Below are positions 9,306 through 18,788 of a DNA stretch of 64,000 nucleotides, in pieces; the first letter of the stretch is position 1; every line of letters starts with the position of its first letter. Source of the DNA: Verrucomicrobiota bacterium (GTDB lineage: Bacteria; Verrucomicrobiota; Verrucomicrobiia; Limisphaerales; JAKPVM01); assembly GCA_029572555.1 (NCBI GenBank), contig JAKPVM010000211.1:373-64372 (forward strand), read 5' to 3'. A program made the position numbers and the translations under genes. The notes under the pieces are model-generated. The model had not been told where the DNA came from and did no database searches. It was given only the letters and a program-made list of their open reading frames with translations.

Positions 9306-9863
9306 TTAAGCGCGTTCCATATATTTGCCGGTGCGAGCGTCAACCTTGATTTTTTCACCAGCTTTAATAAAAAGTGGCACCATTATTGTAATGCCGGTTT
9401 CCAGTTTGACCGGTTTCATAACATTACTTGCTGAGTCACCCCGTATTCCTTCTGGGGCATCTACTACTGTAAGAACCACGCTTGGCGGCAATTCTACCAT
9501 AACTGCTCTATCTTCAACGAAAGTTATAGTAACTTCACCATTTTCCACAAGGTAGTCTTTAGCGTCTCCAATGATTTCAGGGCTGATAGTAACTGTTTCA
9601 TAAGTATTGGTGTCGGTAAAGACATAATCTTGTCCGTCTTTATAGCTAAATTCCATTTTTTTTGTAGTCAACGGGACCACATCAATTTTTTCTGTTGAAC
9701 TGAATCTTACATCTGAAGATTTTCCAGTTTTAATACTTCGCAATGTGGCCTGGACAAAAGCCCTTAAATTACCGGGCGTTCTATGCTGGGCATCTAATAC
9801 TATGGCAATATCGCCATTGTAATTAATAGCCATTCCTTTTCTTATGTCATTTGCATTCGGCAT
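9306..9863 (-). CDS. efp: translation elongation factor P
   Basis: 185 aa. Aligns without gaps to B. subtilis and E. coli EF-P across domain I (DIRKGMAINYNGDIAIVLDAQHRTPGNLRAFVQATLRSIKTG). Confidence 0.95.
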   Translation of the reverse strand: MPNANDIRKGMAINYNGDIAIVLDAQHRTPGNLRAFVQATLRSIKTGKSSDVRFSSTEKIDVVPLTTKKMEFSYKDGQDYVFTDTNTYETVTISPEIIGDAKDYLVENGEVTITFVEDRAVMVELPPSVVLTVVDAPEGIRGDSASNVMKPVKLETGITIMVPLFIKAGEKIKVDARTGKYMERA

Positions 9864-9998
9864 ATTTTAAATTACTTTCATTTATATTTCTCAATTTTAA
9901 AAATTAAGATAAAAATAGAATATATTACATATTTTTTATAAATCAAGAAAAGTTTATCAGGGAAAAATAAATCCTAATAATGTCTTCAATTGAACGTA

Positions 9999-11426
9999 TT
10001 ATCGCCTCATTTTATTATTTTTCTTAACAAGTTCCACTTTTGGTCTAGGTCTTGAAATGAGAACAATTGGGCATCCTTCAAATCCGAAGGCTTTTCGGAT
10101 TTTCCCGGTGAGATATTTTTCGTATTGTGGAGAAAGTAATTCTTTTTTATTAACGAATAACAAAAATGTGGGAGGTTTTGTCTTTATTTGTGTTGCGTAG
10201 AAAAATTTTAAAAACTCTCCTGTGTTGCTTATCGGTTGTTTTGTATTTACGGCGTCGTGTATTATTCTGTTAAGTACGGCGGTAGGGATTTTTTGATTGA
10301 GCTGAGATTTTACATATCTTATTGCTTCAATTAGTCTATCCAGGTTAATACCAGTTTTTGCAGAAGTGAAGATAACTTGGGCGTAAGATAAAAAAAACAG
10401 TTTATCTTGAACCCATTTTTGGAATTCATCCATTGGATCGTTTTTTTCGTTATTCTTTTTTTTCTCTTTTACTTGTTTTTCAATTGCTTCTGCGAATAAA
10501 TCCCATTTGTTAATTACAACAACGCAAGGCTTATTGTTTTCAGTTATTATGTCTGCAATTTTTTTGTCCTGTTCAGTTATTCCTGCATCTGCGTCCAGAA
10601 CAAAGATTACAATATCGCACCGTATTACTGAGTCTTCTGCTCTTTTGACGCTGAAGAATTCAACCGAACTGGATATGCTTCTTTTTTTTCTAATTCCTGC
10701 TGTGTCAATTAAAATATATTTTTGCCGTCGTCCATCGGTTTCAATTTCAAAAGGGACATCTATTGAATCTCGTGTTGTTCCGGGTATTGAACTTACTATA
10801 ACGCGTTCAGACTTTGTAAGCGCATTAATGATTGAAGATTTGCCAACATTAGGTTTACCAATTATCGCTAATTTTGTTGGGCTTTCTTCTTCGTGTTGAT
10901 TATCTTCTTTTTTTATTGGTTCTGACAATGAATTAATTGCTTCTTTTAATAGTTGTTCTACTCCGATGCCGTGAACGGCTGAAACTGGTAAAATGTTGTC
11001 AAAACCCAATCTTGTGAAATCAAGGATATTTAATTTTTCTTCTGGATTATCAACCTTATTAACAACAACAAATACGTTTTTCCCGGTTTTTCTAAGGTGT
11101 TTTGATATTTCCAAATCAAGAGGTGTCAAACCATCTTTTCCGTCAACAACAAAGAAAATTAGATTTGAAGAATCTATTGCGATTTGTACCTGTTCTACAG
11201 TTTCTTTAAGGATTTCGTCTTTTGTTTTTTCTTCCGGTAGAATTCCGAGTCCGCCGGTGTCAATGATTGTGAAAGGGATTCCGTGCCATTCTACCTCTGC
11301 GCTTACCCTATCACGAGTTACACCCGGCTCATTATGCACGATGGCAATCCGTCTTCCAGCAATCCTGTTAAACAGTGCGGATTTGCCAACGTTTGGCCTG
11401 CCGATTATTGAAATAATTCCAGACAT
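9999..11426 (-). CDS. der: ribosome-biogenesis GTPase Der (EngA)
   Basis: 475 aa. Two tandem G domains (GRPNVGKSALFN...DTGG...NKVD; GKPNVGKSSIIN...DTAG...NKWD) plus a C-terminal KH-like domain. Confidence 0.95.
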   Translation of the reverse strand: MSGIISIIGRPNVGKSALFNRIAGRRIAIVHNEPGVTRDRVSAEVEWHGIPFTIIDTGGLGILPEEKTKDEILKETVEQVQIAIDSSNLIFFVVDGKDGLTPLDLEISKHLRKTGKNVFVVVNKVDNPEEKLNILDFTRLGFDNILPVSAVHGIGVEQLLKEAINSLSEPIKKEDNQHEEESPTKLAIIGKPNVGKSSIINALTKSERVIVSSIPGTTRDSIDVPFEIETDGRRQKYILIDTAGIRKKRSISSSVEFFSVKRAEDSVIRCDIVIFVLDADAGITEQDKKIADIITENNKPCVVVINKWDLFAEAIEKQVKEKKKNNEKNDPMDEFQKWVQDKLFFLSYAQVIFTSAKTGINLDRLIEAIRYVKSQLNQKIPTAVLNRIIHDAVNTKQPISNTGEFLKFFYATQIKTKPPTFLLFVNKKELLSPQYEKYLTGKIRKAFGFEGCPIVLISRPRPKVELVKKNNKMRR

Positions 11427-11617
11427 AATAACCTATCAAATTACCATTTAGCTTTCAAATTACAATGGATAGCGAAAGATTTATTTCATTAGTATAAAAC
11501 TTATTTATGATGATATCACCATAATTTATCACACTTGACGAATATTGTTAATTTTGTAAGTTATAACAGTAAAATTTTATTTGATTTGTTTTTAAAAATT
11601 TTATATAAAAAATAACG

Positions 11618-14600
11618 ATGAAAGCCAGAGTATTGTATGTGGTCTTTTCATTTTTGTTCAGTTTCATAGCAAATGCGCAGCTGATAATAAATGAAATCCA
11701 TCATAACCCTGATGTAAAAACCGAACAGGTAGAATTTATCGAGTTATATAACAAAACCACGAATATAATTAATATTGGCGGATGGTATTTCTCTGATGGT
11801 GTTCAATACACCTTTCCATCGGGAACAACTATTGCGCCGCGTGGATATGTTGTTATAGCACAAAATCCTACTGCGCTTAAAACGAAATATGGATATTCTG
11901 GGGCTTACGGACCTTATGCGGGAGGTTTGTCTAAATATGGAGAAAAATTAACATTAAGAGATTCTTCGGGAGAGATTATTAATGAAGTTGAATATAAATG
12001 TGGTTTTCCTTGGCCAATTGTTGGTGATCCTCCCGGTTATTCAATTGAACTGATTCACCCTGACCTTGATAATAATCTTGGTAGCAGCTGGCGTATTTCA
12101 GTTTCAAGCAGCAATGCGCCTTCTGCCCGAACTGTTTTAATCCCGAAAAATTCAAACTGGAAATATTTTCGTGGAACAAATGAACCATCTTCGCAAATCG
12201 GATTGTGGAGATACATCAACTTTGACGACGGCTTATGGGAAGATGGGGTTACACCAATTGGTTACGACCCAGACTTACAGATGGGGACGCCATTAAGCGA
12301 TATGAACAGCAATTATACTACTATTTATTTACGAAAAACTTTTGTATTAGACGACCCTTATTCAATAACAGCTTTATATATTGACGCATTATACGATGAT
12401 GGTTTTAAAGTTTGGATAAACGGTGTTAATGGTTTAAATGCTAACATTACCACAGGTGAACTTCCATTTAAAGGAACAGCGCTTTCGGATAGAGAATCGG
12501 TTGCTTATTCTACTTCTATTATCCAATCGCCTTCTTCATATTTAAAGTCTGGAACGAATATAATTGCAATTCAAGTTGCAAATTCGACTCTGATAGATAA
12601 TCCGGATTGTTATATTGATATCCAACTAAGATCTCAAACTGGCATATCAACTGTTGGACCTACTCCAGGAAAAATTAATTCAGCATATTCAACAAACGCG
12701 GCGCCGAATATTCGTCAGGTTTCAAACACCCCTCAACAACCTTCATCTGCCGTTCCTGTTTTGATAACCGCCAAAGTTACCGATCCCGACGGTGTAGGCA
12801 GCGTTTTTCTTGAATATCAGATAGTTAATCCTGGTAATTACATTGATATTCTTGATTCAGCCTACACTAATTCTGCCAATTGGATAAAAGTTTTTATGAA
12901 CGATGAAGGACGCGATGGTGATGTAACAGCAGGAGACGATGTTTACTCTGTGACCATACCATCAACAGTGCAACAACATCGTAGGCTTATAAGATATCGG
13001 ATTACAGTCGCAGATAAATTTAGTATTTCCGCAAGGGTGCCGTATCCTGATGACCCACAACCAAACTTTGCCTATTTTGTTTATAATAACGTTCCGTCGT
13101 GGAGCGGCGCAGTTCAACCTGGCGGTTCAGGGACTAATGCCACAATTATAAATGTTCCAGCAGAAGAGATGGGACGGTTGGCAACATACCACCTTATATC
13201 AAAAAAGAGTTCTGTTGAATATGCAACAGGTTGGCAGATGACAGGCATTTCTGGTGGAATAAGTAACCGTTATACAGGAGACGTCTACTACTGGCCTGGC
13301 ACTTTGGTATATGATGGTAAGGTTTATGACCATATACATTTTCGAGCGCGCGGCGGTGTTTGGCGGTATGCAATGGTAAAGAATATGTGGAAATTCGATA
13401 TGAACCGCGGTCATGATTTCGAAGCGCGAGATAATTGGGGAAATAAATTCGATACGCCCTGGAACAAATTAAATTTAGGTGCTTCCATACAACAAGGGGA
13501 TTATAACCATAGAGGCGAACAGGGAATGTTTGAATCTGTGGGATTCCGGCTTTTTCAACTTGCAGGGGTTCCAGCGCCAAACACGACCTTTGTAACTTTC
13601 AGGGTAATAGACGAGGCTGGTGAGGCGAGTCCAACCACCCAATATGAAGGTGATTTCTGGGGGCTTTATCTCGCTACAGAACAGCTCAATGGAAGGTTTC
13701 TTGAAGAACATAACTTGCCTGATAGCAATTTTTATAAGATGGAAGGTGGAACGGGGGCATTGAATAATATTGGACCGAATGGCCCAACAGATAAATCAGA
13801 TTTAAATTATATTTTGAACAATTACACGGGGGCGTCGGATGCCTGGTGGAGAACAAACTGGGATTTATCAGGGTATTATAGTTATCAATCAATCGTTCAG
13901 GGAATCCACCATTATGATATTTCTTATGGTAAGAACTACTTCTATTATTATAATCCAACAATAAGACTATGGGTGATTGTCCCGTGGGATCTTGATTTAA
14001 CATGGGCTCACAATATGTATGATAGTGGTCAAGGAGGAGTTGACTATATAGCATTGCGATTATTTAATGCCACTCCGGTTGCTGGAACGGGGTTGCAAGC
14101 TGGAACTTCAAATATGAAGTTGGGTGGAACAAGGCCTCAAATTGAATTGGAGTTTAAAAACAGAGTTAGAGAAATCCGCGAACTGTTATTTAATCGCGAC
14201 CAGGCTTGGAGGTTAATTGATGAATATGCTGCTGTCTTGCGTGGACCAACAAATAGGCCATCAATTGTGGATGCAGATAGAATGATGTGGGATTATAACC
14301 CTAAAATGGCTAACTCTGCTTATTCCTCCAGTTTAGGCAAGGCCGGACAGGGTAGATTTTATCAATTTCCGAGTGAGAGTGCCACGAATTCAAGTCTTAA
14401 AGGCAGTTTTGATGCAACAGTGCGGATAATGAAAAACTATGTAAATATTCGATCAGATTGTCTTGATGGTCTTGCGGCAGACGCGCTTATCCCGAACCGT
14501 CCCGTAATTACATACACAGGACCGGAAAATTATCCTATAAATAAGTTGTCTTTTAGAACTTCATCTTTTTCCACACCATCTACAACAAATACATTTGGAT

Positions 14601-17600
14601 ACATTAAATGGCGAATCGCTGAAATTACAGATACGAATATCACTCCTTATATGACTAACGAACCATTTAAATATGAAATAGAATCTGTGTGGGAGAGCGG
14701 CAAAATAACCAATTTATTAACTGATATTACAATACCGACTGAGTATGTTCGTATAGGGAGTCGTTATCGTGTAAGGGCGCAATACGGTGATAATTATGGA
14801 AGGGCAAGCAGTTGGTCTCTACCTATTGAATTTGTAGTAAGCCAGCCTGATAACGCAGAGTTGCTAAAACAGTATTTGCGGGTTACCGAAATAATGTATA
14901 ACCCTCCGCCTGGTGGATATGAATACATTGAGTTAAAGAATATTAGCAGTGACGTAACTCTTGATTTAGCCGGCGTTAAATTCACACAAGGTATAGATTT
15001 TACCTTTGGTTTAGGTGCCAGTATTTTGCCCGGTGAATATATTATCGTTACTGGCGCTCCATCAGATAATAATTTTGCTGCATTTCGGTCGTTTTATGGA
15101 ATAAACGCAATGGTCAAAATTTTTGGTCCATTTAGTGGTAAACTTGACAATGCAGGAGAACAAATTGTCTTGAGGACTGCGGCTGGCGGGTCGGATATTG
15201 TTAATTTTACTTATGACAACAGCCGTGGATGGGATTTGTCTGCTGCTGGCACAGGACACTCCCTCGTGTTTAATAACGCATATCTTTATGAAGAGAATAA
15301 TTATGCAAATTACCCAGGAAGTTGGAGCGCAAGCGCATTCATAAATGGTTCACCCGGTTCTACCGACCCCATCATCTCATCGCAGCAGGTCTTTATAAAT
15401 GAAGTGATTGTTAATTCGGATTCTTCCAATCCTGCTCTTTCAAATAATTGGATAGAATTGTTCAATTCTTCAGACTCAAATGTGATTTTAGGAGATGGAT
15501 GGTTTTTAAGCGATGACCCGGCGGCTTTGAATAAGTGGGGCATCCCTGCTTCTACTGTTGTTTCGGCTAACGGATTTGTGGCTTTGAATTTAGGCATATT
15601 TACAAATCAAACGCTCGTAAACTTCAGTAAGGCAGGCGGCCAGGTTTATCTGTCATATATCAAGGGTGGAAATGAAGATAGAGTTGTTGATATTGCAAGG
15701 TTCAAAGGCATGAATAATGGGTTATCCTGGGGTAGGTATCCTGACGGCAACCCTTATTGGTCAACATTATCGTGGCAGACCCCGGGTTCTACAAACGCGG
15801 CGCAAATAAAACCTTTGGTAATAAGCGAAATTTATTTCCATCCGCCTGATTTTCCTGATGGTACGGACAACACGCAGGATGAATACATTGAAATTTTTAA
15901 TCCATCGCCAGACACAATTACAATGTCTCAACAATGGCGGATTGATGGCGGCATTGAATTTTATTTCCCAACGAATATCTCAATCTCGTCTGGGGAATAC
16001 GCTCTTGTTGTGAATTTTGACCCAACAAATACTGCTCAATTAGATGCATTTAAATTCCGGGTCGGTGTTTCAAATTCAAATCTTAAAATTTTTGGTCCCT
16101 ATTCAGGGAAACTCGCTAACGACGGTGAGCGTGTTGCGCTGGAATATCAGACGATAGTTGATGCAGTGTTGAATCAAACTGCTTTTGTTATTGCTGATGA
16201 GGTGATATATTTTGACCGCTCTCCCTGGCCCTGTGGGGCTGATGGATCTGGTAATTCAATTCAGAGAGTGAATCCCGATAAAAATGGGGATGATCCCGAA
16301 AACTGGAATGCCCAACTTCCGACTCCTGGCACAGAAAGAACTCCAATACCGCCCGGTGTTCCGGAGATTATGGCACAACCTCAATCAAGGATTGTCCCAA
16401 CAAATGCTAACGTGAGTTTTTTCGTTTCTCTTTGTGGCACGCCACCTTATACCTACCAATGGAGATTTAATGGTAATTATTTAATTAACGAGACCAATTC
16501 AACCTTAAATTTATATAATGTGAGGCTTACCGATAGTGGCGAATATTCAGTAGTGGTTGGCAATTCAGCGGGGGCTATTACAAGCGCAGTTGCCGTATTG
16601 ATTGTTCAACTACCACCGGAGATAATTCAGCATCCTCAAAGTTTAGTTACGACAGGTTATACGACCGTAATAATGACTGTTGCAGCAAGCGGAACTGAGC
16701 CAATCTATTACCAATGGTTGTTTAATGGGATACCGATCCAAGGAGCTACAAATACAGTATTGACAATAGCCAACGTTGATAAATCAAACGAAGGAAATTA
16801 TACAGTTATCGTCTATAATAGTGCTGGATCTTCAATTAGTTCAAATGCATCCCTCACTTTAATGATGCCTCCATTTATTGAACAACATCCTCAATCTACT
16901 AACATCCTTGAAAAGGCTACTAATATTTTCACCGTGAAAGCCACAGGAGATTCGCCTCTATTTTATCAGTGGCTATTCAATGGCGATCCAATTTCAGGGG
17001 CAAACTCGTCGAGTTTGATAATAACGAATACAAGTGAGACCGATGAAGGCGATTATTCTGTTATTGTAACAAATCAGTATGGTATAGCAATTAGCGAACC
17101 AGCGCATTTAACGGTACTTGTTCGCCCATATATCACAATGCAACCTACCCCTTCAAGTATTGTTGTGCCTGTGGGTAGCGATGTGAGTTTTACAATTTCA
17201 GCAGGAGGCACTTTACCTTTAAGTTATAGATGGCGAAAAAGTTCTACCTCCTTGACTAATATTATTCTTTACTCTCATACCTGCGTGTTCACGCTTTATA
17301 ATGTTAAAACCACAGATTCAGGATTATATAACTGCGCTATAACAAACATAGTAGGCGCAGCAAGAGGAATAAGCGCAAACGCAAGTTTAACTGTATTAGC
17401 CCCCCCAATAATAACGAACCAGCCACAGAGTATAACACCGGTGATTGGCTCTAACGCATCACTTGTAGTTGGTGTTTCAGGGAGTTCTCCTCTTTCATAT
17501 CAATGGTGGTTTAACCTCACAAATAAGATAGAATTGGCAACTAACGCTGCTCTTAATATCACAAATATCCAGCAAAAAGACCTTGGTTTATATTTTGTTG

Positions 17601-18133
17601 TTGTTACGAATCCAGTCGGTAGCGTTACAAGTTCTATTGCCAGTTTAGGATTAATTGGCACCCCAACAATAGTTGTTCAACCGGTGAGCAAAGATGCGCC
17701 CTTCGGGGAATCCGTAAGTTTCGAAGTGATTGCTACTGGCGATGAACCACTACGTTATCAATGGTTTTGTAATTGGATGCCAATTTCCGGCGCTGAATCC
17801 AATGTTCTCTATTTAAAGGCAGTTAAAGATTCTGATAATGGCATTTATAGGGTATTAGTGTCAAACTCCTCAGGATCGGCGTTAAGCGATGAGGCTATTT
17901 TATCAATAACAAATACATTTGAATTAAGAATCAAATCTATTAAGATATTAAATAATACTGTTGTAATAAGATGCGAAGGGTTGCCTGATGCTGATTTTGT
18001 GTTTGAAGCCTCACAAAACCTCGGCGTATGGGTACCATTGATATCGAACCGACCGCAAAATGGAGTAATTGAGTATTTTGATGATTCAATAACTAATTCA
18101 AATAGAAAGTTTTATAGGATAAAATTGTATTGA
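11618..18133 (+). CDS. giant secreted protein: lamin-tail domain (LTD), CotH atypical-kinase domain, three more LTDs, six Ig-like domains, short C-terminal module
   Basis: 2171 aa. Signal peptide MKARVLYVVFSFLFSFIANAQ.
- LTD motifs: LIINEIHHNP..VEFIELYN..IGGWYF (~11681); RVTEIMYNPP..YEYIELKN (~14875); VFINEVIVNS..NWIELFN (~15390); LVISEIYFHP..EYIEIFN (~15815).
- CotH-like core ~13180-14500: WNKLNL, GVPAPNTTFVTFRV, FWGLYLATEQLNGRFLEE, NYFYYYNPTIRLWVIVPWDLDLTW.
- Ig array 16361-17914, each domain with a YQW[RLF]FNG motif.
- Ends ...NRKFYRIKLY. Confidence 0.9.
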   Translation: MKARVLYVVFSFLFSFIANAQLIINEIHHNPDVKTEQVEFIELYNKTTNIINIGGWYFSDGVQYTFPSGTTIAPRGYVVIAQNPTALKTKYGYSGAYGPYAGGLSKYGEKLTLRDSSGEIINEVEYKCGFPWPIVGDPPGYSIELIHPDLDNNLGSSWRISVSSSNAPSARTVLIPKNSNWKYFRGTNEPSSQIGLWRYINFDDGLWEDGVTPIGYDPDLQMGTPLSDMNSNYTTIYLRKTFVLDDPYSITALYIDALYDDGFKVWINGVNGLNANITTGELPFKGTALSDRESVAYSTSIIQSPSSYLKSGTNIIAIQVANSTLIDNPDCYIDIQLRSQTGISTVGPTPGKINSAYSTNAAPNIRQVSNTPQQPSSAVPVLITAKVTDPDGVGSVFLEYQIVNPGNYIDILDSAYTNSANWIKVFMNDEGRDGDVTAGDDVYSVTIPSTVQQHRRLIRYRITVADKFSISARVPYPDDPQPNFAYFVYNNVPSWSGAVQPGGSGTNATIINVPAEEMGRLATYHLISKKSSVEYATGWQMTGISGGISNRYTGDVYYWPGTLVYDGKVYDHIHFRARGGVWRYAMVKNMWKFDMNRGHDFEARDNWGNKFDTPWNKLNLGASIQQGDYNHRGEQGMFESVGFRLFQLAGVPAPNTTFVTFRVIDEAGEASPTTQYEGDFWGLYLATEQLNGRFLEEHNLPDSNFYKMEGGTGALNNIGPNGPTDKSDLNYILNNYTGASDAWWRTNWDLSGYYSYQSIVQGIHHYDISYGKNYFYYYNPTIRLWVIVPWDLDLTWAHNMYDSGQGGVDYIALRLFNATPVAGTGLQAGTSNMKLGGTRPQIELEFKNRVREIRELLFNRDQAWRLIDEYAAVLRGPTNRPSIVDADRMMWDYNPKMANSAYSSSLGKAGQGRFYQFPSESATNSSLKGSFDATVRIMKNYVNIRSDCLDGLAADALIPNRPVITYTGPENYPINKLSFRTSSFSTPSTTNTFGYIKWRIAEITDTNITPYMTNEPFKYEIESVWESGKITNLLTDITIPTEYVRIGSRYRVRAQYGDNYGRASSWSLPIEFVVSQPDNAELLKQYLRVTEIMYNPPPGGYEYIELKNISSDVTLDLAGVKFTQGIDFTFGLGASILPGEYIIVTGAPSDNNFAAFRSFYGINAMVKIFGPFSGKLDNAGEQIVLRTAAGGSDIVNFTYDNSRGWDLSAAGTGHSLVFNNAYLYEENNYANYPGSWSASAFINGSPGSTDPIISSQQVFINEVIVNSDSSNPALSNNWIELFNSSDSNVILGDGWFLSDDPAALNKWGIPASTVVSANGFVALNLGIFTNQTLVNFSKAGGQVYLSYIKGGNEDRVVDIARFKGMNNGLSWGRYPDGNPYWSTLSWQTPGSTNAAQIKPLVISEIYFHPPDFPDGTDNTQDEYIEIFNPSPDTITMSQQWRIDGGIEFYFPTNISISSGEYALVVNFDPTNTAQLDAFKFRVGVSNSNLKIFGPYSGKLANDGERVALEYQTIVDAVLNQTAFVIADEVIYFDRSPWPCGADGSGNSIQRVNPDKNGDDPENWNAQLPTPGTERTPIPPGVPEIMAQPQSRIVPTNANVSFFVSLCGTPPYTYQWRFNGNYLINETNSTLNLYNVRLTDSGEYSVVVGNSAGAITSAVAVLIVQLPPEIIQHPQSLVTTGYTTVIMTVAASGTEPIYYQWLFNGIPIQGATNTVLTIANVDKSNEGNYTVIVYNSAGSSISSNASLTLMMPPFIEQHPQSTNILEKATNIFTVKATGDSPLFYQWLFNGDPISGANSSSLIITNTSETDEGDYSVIVTNQYGIAISEPAHLTVLVRPYITMQPTPSSIVVPVGSDVSFTISAGGTLPLSYRWRKSSTSLTNIILYSHTCVFTLYNVKTTDSGLYNCAITNIVGAARGISANASLTVLAPPIITNQPQSITPVIGSNASLVVGVSGSSPLSYQWWFNLTNKIELATNAALNITNIQQKDLGLYFVVVTNPVGSVTSSIASLGLIGTPTIVVQPVSKDAPFGESVSFEVIATGDEPLRYQWFCNWMPISGAESNVLYLKAVKDSDNGIYRVLVSNSSGSALSDEAILSITNTFELRIKSIKILNNTVVIRCEGLPDADFVFEASQNLGVWVPLISNRPQNGVIEYFDDSITNSNRKFYRIKLY
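16361..17914 (+). repeat. six tandem Ig-like (I-set type) domain repeats of ~86 aa (intragenic, approximate borders)
   Basis: Each unit starts with P-x-I-x-x-Q/H-P-Q/x-S and contains Y-[YT]-YQW-x-FNG ... D-x-G-x-Y-x-V-x-V-x-N ... A-x-L-T/x-V. The six units read PEIMAQPQS, PPEIIQHPQS, PPFIEQHPQS, RPYITMQPTP, PPIITNQPQS, TPTIVVQPVS. Confidence 0.85.
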
Positions 18134-18251
18134 TGACTGTTCAAAAAAAGCTGGAAATAAATTATAATCGGTATATAAATAAATTGTGTCAAAAAAATAA
18201 GTTGAGTTGACCAAGGTTGTATTAATATAAGAAAACTTGCGATGAATTGTT

Positions 18252-18328
18252 GCGCGCGTAGCTTAACTGGATAGAGTGGCGGCCTCCGGAGCCGTAGGTT
18301 GTGGGTTCAAATCCCACCGCGCGCACCA
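18252..18328 (+). tRNA. tRNA-Arg (anticodon CCG), CCA encoded
   Basis: Manual cloverleaf. Acceptor GCGCGCG / CGCGCGC, D arm GCTT..GAGT, anticodon stem GCGGC/GCCGT with loop CTCCGGA (CCG at 18286-18288). T arm GTGGG-TTCAAAT-CCCAC, discriminator A, then CCA at 18326-18328. Confidence 0.9.
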
Positions 18329-18359
18329 TAAATCGCCTAAATTAATAAATTGAATCGTC

Positions 18360-18788
18360 ATGGATAATGATGAGAATGTAAAAAGCAAAGTGATTGATGG
18401 GGATGGAGTCACAAGGAAAATATTGATCCTTGACGACGACCAATGGTTTACCAATCTGCTTGTTGAATTACTTCAAACTCAACATTTTCAAACCAAAACT
18501 GTTGATAATGGCGTTGAAGGAATAAAAGAAATAATGAATTCGGATTTCGATGTAATATTGTGCGATATAATGATGCCAAATCTTTCGGGGGATATGTTTT
18601 ATGTTGCCGTCCAGAGGACAAAGCCGCATTTATGCAAGCGGTTCATTTTTATGAGCGGTCATAAAGGCAATCCCAAAATAGAGGCATTTATTAAAAGCAT
18701 AAATGGAAAAGTGCTCTGGAAACCTTTTGAATTACATCAACTTACCGAAGCAATAAGAGATGTTGAAATGAAAGTAAAAGGGGGTTAA
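18360..18788 (+). CDS. stand-alone response regulator receiver domain (CheY-like)
   Basis: 142 aa. Acidic pocket ILILDDD, phospho-acceptor VILCDIMMP, conserved FIFMSGH and WKPF. No output domain. Confidence 0.85.
   Translation: MDNDENVKSKVIDGDGVTRKILILDDDQWFTNLLVELLQTQHFQTKTVDNGVEGIKEIMNSDFDVILCDIMMPNLSGDMFYVAVQRTKPHLCKRFIFMSGHKGNPKIEAFIKSINGKVLWKPFELHQLTEAIRDVEMKVKGG

Noticed and set aside
11545-11575. A shared aatattgtt 9-mer and TAnnTTTG-like elements upstream of the giant genes at 11618 and 55855. Considered as a common Bacteroidota-style promoter.
   Set aside because: They are absent upstream of the third giant gene (35774). Short AT-rich matches are expected by chance, and the promoter consensus for this lineage is unknown to me.
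16963-16980. An exact 18-nt match, ttatcagtggctattcaa, shared between the first giant gene (16963-16980) and the second (38203-38220). Considered as evidence of recent recombination or gene conversion.
   Set aside because: It encodes the conserved Ig motif YQWLFN, and identity stops immediately on both sides. Shared motif plus shared codon bias is sufficient explanation.
16361-17914. Regularly spaced ~258-nt repeats, considered as a possible CRISPR, satellite or mobile-element array. The same applies to 38108-39387 and 40700-41722.
   Set aside because: The repeats are in-frame, diverged at the nucleotide level, and translate to Ig-like domains within one ORF. The period is far too long for CRISPR, and there are no spacers or terminal inverted repeats.
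18252-18328. tRNA-Arg and tRNA-Val (26563-26638) as integration sites of genomic islands.
   Set aside because: No integrase, excisionase, phage or transposase gene, and no visible duplicated tRNA 3' segment nearby. Downstream genes are ordinary regulators or pseudopilins.
18263-18454. 63-aa minus-strand ORF.
   Set aside because: It overlaps tRNA-Arg (18252-18328) and the response-regulator start. The tRNA cloverleaf explains the sequence.
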